Source of the DNA: Lingula anatina
Taxonomy: Eukaryota; Animalia; Brachiopoda
Assembly: GCA_051362555.1 (NCBI GenBank)
Contig: CM120643.1
Span: 14,606,644-14,670,643, forward strand
Length of the DNA: 64,000 bases
Direction of reading: 5' to 3'
Made by a program: the position numbers and the translations under genes. Positions 38,733-53,420 of this stretch are shown here, in pieces. The notes below the pieces were generated by a model. That model saw only the letters and a program-made list of their open reading frames with translations. It ran no database searches and had not been told where the DNA came from. Each line of letters starts with the position of its first letter. Positions within the stretch are counted from its first letter, which is position 1.

Positions 38733-39056
38733 GTAAGTTTGGGAACAGGCATGCTGCCCTTTTTACGTCCAAGATTCTATTGTCTGTGTGGTTTTCGTTG
38801 CTTTTGTGATGCAGTTTGTGATGATTACTCAAAACTTGAGACTTTCTCTAGGACTTGTTGTTAAGTTTATCAAACCCTATTTAGGATTGCTTAGGTAAGA
38901 GATTAAAGGCCTGGAAGTAGGAGCTGCAGTTCAAATTTAAGAATAAAGTACTAGTAAGGGGATAAAAGCATTGGAAACTGCTAGTTAACTTAGATGTAAG
39001 ATAATTCATGCATGTGCACACACACACACACACGCATGCATGCATGCACACACGCT

Positions 39057-39114
<58 letters not shown>

Positions 39115-39666
39115 TTATATACAAATAGTTTAAGGAGATAGGCATTGATAAAAAATACATAATGCTAACTTCATAAGAGCAGCAGTGTCCTTTTACTTTA
39201 TTTGCCAACAACAGAAGTGGAAGCATGTCTCTAAAATGAACTGTCACAGGGACTTGCATATCTAGATCCGACATAACAACCCTTGTCACTTTTCCTTAAC
39301 TCTGAAAACTCAGTATTACTTGACACTTGTATATATGTTGAGGCTAATGGGGGAGACCTCTCATTATTTATAAATTAATTATTATTAATCATCGGTTATT
39401 ATTAATCAGAATTGACCTCGGAGTGTTCTTGGCGATTTATCACCTTATTATACTCTTTGTTGTAGGCTGCAGAAAGATACATATCATTGAATTAGGCCTT
39501 GTAAAATATATGGTCATTGATATGATAAATGGACTTTTATTGTTGTTGTTGAGGAGTGCCATATCAATTTAGACAGATATTATTTATGTATAATTATTGT
39601 ATAGTTAGTTATTTGGCCTTTCCAAATTTTATATGACCTATTTTTGCAATGATGAGGTGCAGAAGT

Positions 39667-39777
39667 TGTTGCCTGGTGAACAGGGTGCAGTATTTTCCTC
39701 TTAGTTTAGTTTAACAAAAATGTTGCCTGGTGAACAGGGTGCAGTATTTTCCTCTTAGTTTAGTTTAACAAAAATGT
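39667..39777 (+). repeat. Perfect 54-bp tandem duplication
   Basis: TGTTGCCTGGTGAACAGGGTGCAG..TTAACAAAAA twice (39667 and 39721). Confidence 0.9.
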
Positions 39778-39871
39778 ATCTCTTCAGGCCATCAAACTTT
39801 AACTGCTGTCACATTTATTTAAATTGGGACAGAAATTAAGTTTGGTATTGCTCAGTCCTACTGTAAATTAA

Positions 39872-40417
39872 GAGCGCATTCTCAACGAATTAAGCCAGGC
39901 TTTACAAAGCCGGTGACCTAAAAATGGCGGACGTACATGAAAGAAAAACCGCCTAATCTTTTAATAGTCTCTCCGCCTCCCCACACGTCGTCCCTGCGGG
40001 GTACAGTAATTAAATCTCGGCTCCGTTCGCCATGCGGAAGCTACCTGAGAAATATAAAGTGTGCATGCTCATCAGTTAAACTCGTGGTGAAGAAAGCATG
40101 GCGGCTGAAGGCGATCGAAGGAAAAAAGCTCTTCTGTTCTATTATCTTTGAAAACAGAGACGAAAAAGGAATAATTTGGCCCGTAGAGCAGCAATGAATC
40201 GACTATCTACGGAGATAATATCACCAGAGATATTCACGGAAATATTAATGTTCGGAGCCGAGATTTAATTACTGTACCCCGCAGGGACGACATGTGGGGA
40301 GGCGTGTGAGAGGCGGAGAGACTATTAAAAGATTAGGCGGTTTTTCTTTCATGTACGTCCGCCATTTTTAGGTCACCGGCTTTGTAAAGCCTGGCTTAAT
40401 TCATTGAGAATGCGCTC
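39872..40417. mobile_element. Young Harbinger-like MITE (family B) with about 155-bp TIRs
   Basis: TAA|GAGCGCATTCTCAA..TTGAGAATGCGCTC|TAA; arms 39872-40026 and 40253-40417 nearly perfect, with a small duplication in the right arm. Confidence 0.9.
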
Positions 40418-42379
40418 TAAGTCTGTCTCTGTCATGGGCTCTGAGCCCTCAGGGTGGGGGGAGAGCACCACAGTATTTGGGGATTTTGTCTGAGTATTAG
40501 TCAGGACAGAACACTTTACTCAGGACAGGAAATATTTGGTTGTGTCTCGATGAACCTTCAGAAGGTTCATTGCATGGTCCAAAATATTGCAGCAATTTCA
40601 TCATTGTTTTAATTAAAGGGTTTATCGGGCAGAAGGTTCTATACTAACATTTGGACCAATGAAAGTTTGGACTATTATCATGCACACAAATATTCAGCCC
40701 TCCTCTTCTATCAGCATATTAGATAGCTTGTCCTAGTATCTGACACTGGAATCAGCACAGGCTCGCAGATAGTAGAGGTGGGAGTTTCCAGTGTCCTCGG
40801 AAAATCAGGTTGTGTCATTTGGATTCTGCTAGTCAAGTTTCACCGTGATTTATGAGGGTCGTATAAGGTTGACTTTATCAGTAGGTAATGAGTGCATAAT
40901 GCTAGTGTAAGATCAACTACAAGGCTTATATTCACATACAGTTTGATAATTCAGTTGGATGTGATTTGCATGTTACTGTATAGGACATCATCTCCTTTGG
41001 AAAAAAAAGTGATCTGAGTTTAGTATTGATGGTTATTCAGGGATGATGTTGAAAGGATAGGCTTTATAAATTTGTTTTCAGATCAGTCCAACTTTTTTGT
41101 GAAATATTAAAAGAGATCTGACTTAACCTGATTTATTATGTGGAGTTACGTCCCATCCATGTTTTGCAAGGATTCCAGATATGGCATTTTGCTGAGATTG
41201 TTGATAAAGTTTTATCCAGTTTCACAATGAACCAGAATATTTTGCTTCTTTTTTTCATTGCAAAAGAGAGAACAAATTAAATTGTATCCAACATGTAAAG
41301 GAATTGTGCGCCAGCCATCATCTTCTCTTTATCACTTCATACCACACAATTTGTCGGCTAAATTATCCAGCAATAAATTGCTGAGCATGTCAGTTTTGGT
41401 CAGGGTTAATAAGGACATGTGATGAAGGTGCTTAGCCTTAAGCACTTCCAGGAATTAAGAAATCAGTAACTATAGGCATTTAGCTCAGATAATATGGTTC
41501 AGTTCTTGGAAAAGATAAATAATAGACGCTGTGATTTATATGGGTAGGGATGGTATGGGTTTTGATACTTGTATATATGCCCTGTCCCCCATGTTTGAAA
41601 TATTCATATTCATTATATTCAGTGCCACTTAGATTATTATAACTCACAGCTCTCTCTCTCTCTCTCTCTCACTTACACACACACACACACACACACACAC
41701 GCATACTTGTCTATGTGTACCAACCGAGGACATCAGCACAACACCATACAACCGAGGACATCTTATTCCTTGGTTAAATCAAAATAAAAACATTCAATTT
41801 AGGGTAAAATCTATTCGAGTATGAATGTTATAAATTAATTTTTTATAAAAACTAATTTTTTGCTGACAAGAATTTTACATTCTAACCGAGGACACACACG
41901 GACACACACACGGACAGACACTACACATTACAACCGAGGACATGCATGCATCTACATGTAATAATGATTGTACTTTTAATGCAAAGCAAATTTTATATAG
42001 CGTTACTTTGCAGCAACTCACATTTTTATGAAATTCTTTCATATTTAAGGTAAATTCCAAAATAACACCAGAGGTGATGATTAAATGAACAGTTATACAA
42101 TATTTAATGCTGGGCTTTGCCACTTTTTTAGAATTGAAGATTATCAGATAAAACATCAATTAATTTAGGAAAAGAAAGGATACTGATGAAATAAAATAAA
42201 AGACCAAAGAAATTCGTTTTCAAACATTTTATTTTCATAATGCTTATTTTCTATTTAGCACTCTTTTATTATCATGAATTTTGTATTTTGATAACACAAA
42301 GTGTCGTCCATTGGATACAGACTTGAACAGTACACAATTTTACAATTGAGGACATCATGCCAGCAGCACCCAAAATTGT

Positions 42380-43180
42380 GCTTTCTTCCAATTTGATGCA
42401 ATATTATATAATGCTTAACAGCATAATGATCATCAATTTTTTATAATAAAATATTAGTATCATGAATATTCAGAAAATGTGACTAGCAAAGGTTTTCAGG
42501 TTCATGGAACTCCAAAGTCATACTTTGAAAATGCTAAATGTATACAAGAGAGCACTGTACTGAAATGGGTTTCTTTCCATTTTTAACTTTTTTACATAAA
42601 ATAATACAGTTTACTGCCATTTCACATGATCAACTAAGAAAATTGTTGAGATGGCAAAAATATCAATATAACAAGTTTAAATGTCCAATTTCCTCCATTC
42701 CGAACATTGTGAATGATTGAATCTGACAAACTACAATGATACGAGTTCATTTCCATTTTGGCACTTTTTTACGCAATACAAGATAACAGGTTTACCACCA
42801 TTTTTATATAATCAACTAGCAACATTGTCAAGACGCAGAAATTGTCAAACAACCCATTTTACATATCTAGTAAATTCAATAATGAGACTGTTTACATGCC
42901 TGACAATCAAATCTGAGGAAAACCACTAATATACAAATAAAAGCTGAAGTCCCTCAAAACTCAACCAATCAATCTTATATTTAAATTTGATTTGTATATA
43001 GATAACATTGATCACTCTTGTGAGTTTAATGACAACAGGCCTATCGGTTCTCCCTGAAATGTTCTTACAGTGTTACTAATATGCTTTTACTAATAATCAT
43101 CAGTTCTGTGAGTTTCATGAAAACAGGCTTTAAGTTATTGGTTCTCCCTGAAATGTGCTTACAGTGTTACATATATGCTG

Positions 43181-43211
<31 letters not shown>

Positions 43212-44930
43212 AGCATAACATTTGAAAGAAAAGGGCCTGGTCTTGCTGATTTTCAATCTTGACCATTCTTTTACTAATAATCATCATTTCTGTGAGTTTC
43301 ATGAAAACAGGCTTATTGGTTCTCCTTGAAATATGTTAACAGTGTTGCATGTACACTGAAAAAAGGAGAAAAAATGCAAAACTTTTGAAAATAATCACCC
43401 CATTTCCTCCATTTTAGGACACTGTATTACACAGTACATGATAACATGTTTACCGTCATATTTATATAATCAACTAGCAATGTTGTAAATATGCAGACAA
43501 TTTCAGAGAAACACTAACATATTTACATATCTAGTTAATTCAATAACGAAACTGTCAACATGCCTGACAATCAAATCTGAGGAAAACCACTTATATACAA
43601 ATAAAAGCTGAAGTCCCTCAGAACTCAACCAATCTATCTTATTTTTAAATTTGATTTGTATATAGATAACATTGATCACTCTTGTGAGTTTAATGACACC
43701 AGGCCTATCGGTTCTCCCTGAAATGTGCTTACAGTGTTACTTATATGCTGAAAAAAACCAGCATAAAATTTGAAAGAAAAGGGCCTGGTCATGCTGATTT
43801 TCAATCTTGACCATTCTTTTACTCATAATAATCAGTTCTGTGAGTTTCATGAAAACAGGCTTTAAGTTATTGGTTCTTCCTGAAATGTGCTTACAGTGTT
43901 ACTTATATGCTTAAAAAAACAGCATAACATTTGAAAGAAAAGGGCCTGGTCATGCTGATTTTCAATGTTGACCATTCTTTTACTAATAATCATCAGTTCT
44001 GTGAGTTTCATGAAAACAGGCTTATTGGTTCTCCTTGAAATGTGCTTACAGTGTTACATATATGCTGAAAAAAAAACAGCATAATATTTGAAAGAAAAGG
44101 GCCTGGTCATGCTGATTTTCAATCTTGATCATTCTTTTTAATTTACTAAATTGATTTGTATATAGATAACATTGATCACTCTTGTGAGTTTAATGACACC
44201 AGGCCTATCGGTTCTCCCTGAAATGTGCTTACAGTGTTACTTATATGCTGAAAAAAAACCAGCATAACATTTGAAAGAAAAGGGCCTGGTCATGCTGATT
44301 TTCAATCTTGATCATTCTTTTTAATTTACTAATAATCATCAGTTCTCTGAGTTTCATGAAAACAGGCCTATTGGTTCTCCTTGAAGTGTGTTTACAGTGT
44401 TGCATGTACACTGAAAAAAGGAGAAAAAAAAAAGTAAAACTTTTGAAAATAATCACCCCATTTCCTCCATTTTGAGACACTGTATTACACAGTACATGAT
44501 AACATGTTTACCGTCATATTTATTTAATCAACTAGCAATGTTGTAAAGATGCAGAAAATTTCAGACAAACACTAACATATTTACATATCTAGTTAGTTCA
44601 ATAACGAAACTGTCAACATGCCTGACAATCAAATCTGAGGAAAACCACTTATATACAAATAAAAGCTGAAGTCCCTCAAAACTCAACCAATCAATCTTAT
44701 TTTTAAACTTGATTTGTATATAGATAACATTGATTACTCCTGTGAGTTTCATGAAAACAGGCTTATTGGTTCTCCCTGAAATGTGCTTACAGTGTTACTT
44801 ATATGCTGAAAAAAAAAACAAAAAAAAAAAACAGCATAACATTTGAAAGAAAAGGGCCTGGTCATGCTGATTTTCAATCTTGACCATTCTTTTACTTATA
44901 ATCATCAGTTCTGTGAGTTTTATGAAAAGC
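42380..44930 (+). repeat. Higher-order tandem array derived from family C internal repeats
   Basis: About 160-170-bp unit (GGTTCTCCCTGAAATGTGCTTACAGTG..GGGCCTGGTCATGCTGATTTTCAATCTTGA..GAGTTTCATGAAAACAGGC) repeated about 7 times, interleaved with a second unit at about 42860, 43525 and 44580; 42400-42930 is homologous to 46070-46610. Confidence 0.85.
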
Positions 44931-45166
44931 CTACTCTGAAGTATCGAATAAAAGTACTGATGGAATAAAAGTACTGGGTGGAAAAAATCTCAAAATTTAA
45001 TAAAAGTACTGATGGAATAAAAGTACTGCGTGGAAAAAATCTCGAAATTTAATAAAAGTACTGGATGGAATAAAAGTACTGGGTGGAAAAAACCTTTACA
45101 CCGCTCCCCCCCCCCCAAAAAAAAAATGAAATAAATAAATAAAAGTAAAGAAGAAGAAGAGAAAGA

Positions 45167-47526
<2,360 letters not shown>

Positions 47527-48825
47527 GCTAGCTATTGATCATTGTAAAAAAAAAATTCACCAGGTAAAATTCACTCAGTATTAAAATTCATCTTAAAAAC
47601 GGGATGAGTTAAATTTCATAATTGTCAGGGGCCGAAGACCCAGATATATCGCACCTAAGCCGCCTCCGAGAGCCATACGGTTCATACTAGTAAATTTATT
47701 CTCAGATATAAGGTTCGTTTTGCATACCTGTAAACTCCTAAGGGTTTATCTTACATAGAAATGTGATTTAACATCGTTTAAATCATAAATCGGCATGAAA
47801 TAATTGACGTTTGAAAACAGACACAACTTCTTTGCTGCACTTGAAATGACCTCCTTAGCTATAAATATGATCCTATCACCTTGCGACATTGCATCATTCG
47901 ATCGATATACATGAGTAGTTGTCACTTCTGAAGGGAAAGCACGTCTATTTATAGAAACTGAAATCAGGTGACGCATGTACTGTTGTGTTCAGAGAGCGAC
48001 TTCCGCTTGACCTACTTTCCAGTGCTGTTTGTGGAACAGTAGGTAATGAGTTGAGATCTCGATTTTCTTCTCATTATACTTAAATTTAAGAAAATAAAAA
48101 GCGTGACTTGTACTTGTGTAATTTCCCACCGGTACAATAGGTATTTAATAAACATACCGGGTGGAAGATTTTTGAAAAATTAATAAGCGTAGGCTACTGG
48201 GTGAAAATGGAGCGTACCGGCGGGAAGAAATTTGGAAAATTAATTAACGTACCGGTACGTTTATTTGATACTTCAGAGTAGGAGAGCTTAATTTGATAAA
48301 AAAGACCTTTAGTTTAAAAATATGAACTTACTGAATATATAGACATCTGAGATACAACATTAGTTTCAGTTTAGTCTGCCCTTTACAGCACAACCGAGGA
48401 CGCGGAATTTGGTCCGCCCTTTACAGCACAACCGAGGACGCGTGTGTATAGCCCGATTTCAGACAAAAAGTTGGACAGTATTTCTGATACACTCGTGGCG
48501 GGAATTTGGCCCGCGCTATACAGCATAACCGAGGACTGGCTCAGAATAGCGTCAAATTTCACCACCTAACTTGAAATGGGCCCCTTTATGCATTCCACTG
48601 CTTATGTCAACCGAGGACGTCCTCGGTTGGAGGTGTGTCCTCGGTTAGTGGGTTTCGGGCGGGTGTGTGTCCTCGGTTAGAATGCGTGCACAAGAGCACG
48701 CACACACACACACACACACGTAAACATGCATATGCATAGTACAACCATGAATAAAATAAACATAGATTTTTTTTTTCAGCCTGTGCATCGTATCTTTGTG
48801 TCACAGTGTGTGAAATGAAAATAGA

Positions 48826-48910
48826 CTCTGTATCATCCATAACCCCCACTTTCCACCCCCACAGCCTCTGTATCATCCATAACCCCCACTTTCCACCCCC
48901 ACAGCCTCTC
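48826..48910 (+). repeat. 40-bp tandem duplication
   Basis: CTCTGTATCATCCATAACCCCCACTTTCCACCCCCACAGC twice. Confidence 0.88.
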
Positions 48911-50055
48911 CCACATGTCAAAGTGATCATGTTTTTCGTGATTTTTTCCAAATGACTAAAGTACATACACACTTTGTCCTCATCATGTCATTATTGTTTC
49001 CTTTTGTTATCTATAGCATGACAGGCCTTTCATTGTCACAGAAAACTTTCCGAGGACACAGTTGTCACCTTTTGTGTGGAAAGGCTTTTCAAAAATTAAC
49101 CATTATTGTTCATAGCCTCATTCATTAAGCGTATCCTAAGTGGTTAGATATGTGTAACTTGCCTATGTACATTCAGTTTTTTTTTTCTTTTTTAAGTGCA
49201 CCAAAGATCTTTAACTGAAGTAGCAATGCTGCATTTATTTATATAGAAGAGTATTAAACAGAGCCTAGCAATTCATTAGCAGTACAAAACCCTTTTTCAT
49301 GGATGTAGAGTACTAAGTGATAAATCTTGTGTATGCAGTTTTGGACACTTTTATAACAGGGCTTGAAATCCATTAATATTCATCAGCTCCATCTGCATTT
49401 TTTTTTTTTTTTTTTTTTTTTGAAAATCAGGCTTCACTAGATTAATAAGGCATAAAATTGTGGGAGTCAAAACATGGAGGGGGTGTTCCACAGACCCCTT
49501 TTGCCAAATTTTTTTTGTTACATGAGCCATTAAGAAAAGCTTGTTCCAGCATGAAACTATAGTTGGCTATGATCATACCAAGTTATTTAAACTAATTTAA
49601 AATCAGCAAAAGGATGGCATTGCAAAAATGAGGAAATGTTTCTTTATTATTTATATTTCTCCTCTTTTATTTTATAAACAAATTTAAATAACCATCTTCA
49701 TTAACTGTGAAAAAAAATTGTAGCATGAGTCAAGACCTCAGTCCCCTGTTTTATCAAGATTTAAATACGGAATTACTCTATTATAAGGATAAGAATCTTG
49801 TTGACCTTTTAGAATAAAAGCATTTTTAGTAATTATAGGGTAGAATAAGATATTAACCTGACTTTCATTCTGGGATAATATTTGTTGGCTGCTAACACAC
49901 ATATATATCTATTCCACAGCTGGATATTTAAGAAAAAAAATATACATGCTACAGTGAAGTGTTTAATATAAATCCAGAAATGTTCTTGATATTTTAAAGT
50001 GATTTATATTAAAACAAGCCTACACAGAAAAGATTTAGATCAAGAAAAACACTTA

Positions 50056-50316
50056 CACCCCATTCCCATATGATGCTTAGATCGATCTAGCAGGATCGAC
50101 CTATCTCTGAGGGGTTTCTCACTAAATTGCTTTCAGCTGAAGCAGCTGATATGTCTGGCACGCCTACTGAAGCTGCTAGAAGATAGTGAATTACCGCCTA
50201 ACAGCTCCGGTAGGTGTGCCAGACATCAGAGCCACTTAAGCTGAATGTAATTTAGCCAGAAACCCCTCAGAGATGGGTCGATCCTGCTAGATCGATCTAG
50301 GCATTGGAATGGGTTC
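50056..50316. mobile_element. Family A fully palindromic MITE
   Basis: TTA TSD; TAGATCGATCTAGCAGGATCGACCTATCTCTGAGGGGTTTCT pairs with AGAAACCCCTCAGAGATGGGTCGATCCTGCTAGATCGATCTA. Confidence 0.85.
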
Positions 50317-50575
50317 TTATTGAGCAATGTATCACATTGCACCATTGTATTTCTTAAGGTCAACAATCACCTTTCAAACTGAGGTGAATACCTGGAAGAA
50401 ACTGAAATAATACACATCCACTGCTGTCTCTCACCTTCTATTTAAAGAGGATATATATGTGTTACAAGCTGTTGTAGAGGTCGCTGGTACTGCATGGCTA
50501 CATCCAAGGTTCTCTCAGTGGTTACATCCAAGGTTCTCTCAATGGAGACAAAGAAAAAGAAAACATCGACTCTTA

Positions 50576-50861
50576 GAATGTATTCAGAACAGATCAATGG
50601 ACTAACTGAACTGCTGACTTAGTATGGCTGACCCTGCTTAAAAGCAAGCCGCTGAATTCCCTGATGGTCTCCCTGCCTCCACATGAACCATTAAAGGGAT
50701 TAAATCTCGGCTCTGAGGTTTAATTGCTAGGCCCCTGCAGCGATATCATGTGTGGAGGCGGGCAGACCATCAGGGGATTAGCAGCATCCCCTTCAAGTGG
50801 GTCGGCCATATTTAGTCTGCAGATATGTTAGTCCATGGATCAACTTGTTCCGAATGCGCTC
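50576..50861. mobile_element. Family B palindromic MITE
   Basis: TTA|GAATGTATTCAGAACA..TGTTCCGAATGCGCTC|TTA; core CCCTGATGGTCT..AGACCATCAGGG as at 2885-3001. Confidence 0.8.
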
Positions 50862-51042
50862 TTAGCCTAGCATGTTCTCTATAATGTCTTAATAGCAAGA
50901 TTTCACCCAGAACTGTGGTGTAGAGAGTAACATTGGCCTCTTTAAATGACATATATATTTCAACAAATGGCTTAATGGGTCAGTTTATTTTTACCATTTT
51001 TTTTTCTTTTTCTTCATGCATGTGTTTTTTGGTCTATCTTAG

Positions 51043-51162
51043 GTTGAAGACGCAACACTTAGAGAACAAATCGCACAGTACAACAGTCGGTTACGAGATT
51101 TTGAAGAAAGGCAGCAACAGTATCGTGACTCTCAAGCCCGCCAGGCCGAGGCCGAAGCTGAG
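51043..51162 (+). CDS. CBFB: CBFB coding exon 5 (read-through form ends at TGA 51208-51210)
   Basis: tcttAG|; VEDATLREQIAQYNSRLRDFEERQQQYRDSQARQAEAEAE matches the CBF-beta C-terminal helix (fly Bgb EDAILRDQIDRYNQRLREFE); weak donor GAG|GTAGTA. Confidence 0.92.
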
Positions 51163-51567
51163 GTAGTACAGGCTTTGTTACACTTCTCAGAAAAGAGGCC
51201 AGAATCATGAGATTTGCTTCAGTGTGATAAGAAGCAACATGAGCCTCCTCCAGAACACCCAATTAAGAACCCTGGAAGCTAATCAGATCCACTCAATACT
51301 CATTCAAGACCTCTCTCTGTGTTAAACTGAAAACTTCTTTGTATTACTTTAAATTGAGCATCTCTTGAATTTTGATTCTGATTTTGCTAGATACTGTCCT
51401 TTTCGTGAAAATTGTGCACATCTACTTTTCAAAACTTTAAAAAAAAATCATGATCTTTATACTAAAAAAAACCACTTGCTTTTCCATGGGATTATTTTTT
51501 GACTAACCCGTAAGTAGACTAACACAGTAGAGAAATATTCATCTTCTTCTCTACCCTTGTACTTTAG

Positions 51568-51588
51568 GCCATGGTGTTCTGGAGGTAG
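51568..51588 (+). CDS. CBFB: Probable CBFB terminal coding exon 6 (AMVFWR-stop)
   Basis: Pyrimidine tract cttcttctctacccttgtactttAG then phase-0 GCC ATG GTG TTC TGG AGG TAG; resembles the ...SMWRR end of Drosophila Big brother as I recall it. Confidence 0.6.
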   Translation, partial: AMVFWR

Positions 51589-53420
51589 TGTCTCATCAGT
51601 TGTGCGTCCAGTCCCTCCTCTGGGTCAAGCCGTCAAACCCCTCTCACCCCAAGGTTCATAGCTCCTTTTGATCATTGGAGCCTATCTCTTCTGGCTTAAT
51701 TCAATGAACCTCTAGGATGAGAACCACCGGTAACAGGGTGATCACTCCCCCATTCGGTGGCAATGATGAAGATTTTTTGGGGATTTTAACTTCTCAGTTT
51801 AACGCCATGCAGCGCCATCTTGTTTCATGTCCTGAGCGTCATCTTTTGGGCTGGATACCACAGGATTAGATGCAGTTTGATGTTAAACTGAGAATTTTTT
51901 TTACTTTCATGGAGGGGATGATATGGACTAGATTGCCAGAACTCTTTTACTTCAGAAAGAAGAGATCTCAATAATACTATACACATTAATATATATATAT
52001 TATATGTTGTTGGAAGATGGTGTTATCTTTTTTCCACAGATGTCTAGACATGGATGTGTCTTTTCTTTATATAGTCTATAATGAGCACTGACATAGTGTG
52101 TTTTATATAATGTCCAAGTGGCAGTTTTGTCTTGTGGTCACAAACACGGAGTGGATATTTAACCTTATTATGGTGCTTTTTAAAGAGTAAATTGTCTGAA
52201 AAATTGAAAGCCAATTTAATGACTTGGTCATAACATATCTGTATGTCAGTGCTATATGTTTTTGCTATTGTCACAGTTTTCTTTGTTTTCATGTCACTTG
52301 AAAACTTAGGGTGATATTTTTATTTCTCTTGCGGGTCAGGAGGAGAACTGACTTAAAGGTATAACTCCGAGCAGCAACTTTAATGTTTGGAGTTCTGAAC
52401 AGAGCTGCTTATGTAAATGAAAAGCATACCAAGTATGATAAAATAATAACATGTTTTTCACTCTTTTTTTTTTGCCAGTTTCTTAATCTGTAAATTAAAA
52501 AATCTTTGAAATGTTATTTTGTCATTGCTTCATGTTGAAATATATGTGGTCAATGTTAGTAAAATAAATGCAGTTCTCCTTTTTATAGAGAGATGAAAAT
52601 ATCTAGATTGTAATTTACAATGAGAAGTAGTCACAAGTCACAGGAGTAGGTACAAGTCAGGCTGATTTTCATTTTAGCATGTACTTTGAGGTTAACCCGA
52701 CTGAAAAGTTAAACACAGCTTCCTGGTATAAATTTGGAACAAATAGTTAATTAATTTCATGAAAAGGTGCTGGGATAACAAGAAAGAAAAAATCCAGAAT
52801 GTGTTGTTATGTCTGGTTTCCTTGGGCAAAATTCATTGCTCAGTCAAAAACCTGTTGAGGAGGTCACGATGTGATAGAGAGAAAAATAGGTGTGATACAT
52901 TTGCATAGACTTTATACTCAATGACCTGTTTATGTACATTTTGAAAACATCTCCAGACAGAGAAACATGCCTGAGCTGCCTTAAAGCCACATATAGACCT
53001 CTTTTTTTTCATGTATTTATATTGGTCACAGACATTTTGTGGTTTTTGTGTTTATGCAATGTCTGCTTGGCGACTTAGGGAAAAGTTGCCGGTAGCAGGT
53101 TCTTGTACTGACAGTCATTTACAGTTATATCATCTCTTTTTTTAGTTTTCTTTTTCTTTTTTAATATCAATTTTGTGTTAATTGTATGGTGTATGTATAA
53201 AAGCATACTGTCTCAAACTCATGACACTAATAGTAATGCACAATTATTGGCGTAAAAGTATGGATGTATAAGCTCTCTCCAAGCTACTGTAAACCTGTTT
53301 AATGTACACAATTGATGTATATTCTTTATTATTATGTGTGTGTTGTGAGACTGTGATGAGATCGTTGTCTATATATATAAATATATATGTATGTTATGGA
53401 ATAAATGCTTTTTTTGCTCT
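51589..53420 (+). other. Probable CBFB 3' UTR with candidate polyadenylation signal
   Basis: Repeat-poor, U/UG-rich tract after the stop codon; AATAAA at about 53400 followed by T-rich sequence. Confidence 0.35.

Noticed and set aside
39937-40197. 86-aa ORF inside the family B MITE as a transposase remnant
   Set aside because: Begins within the TIR arm and shows no DDE or Myb/SANT-like motif.
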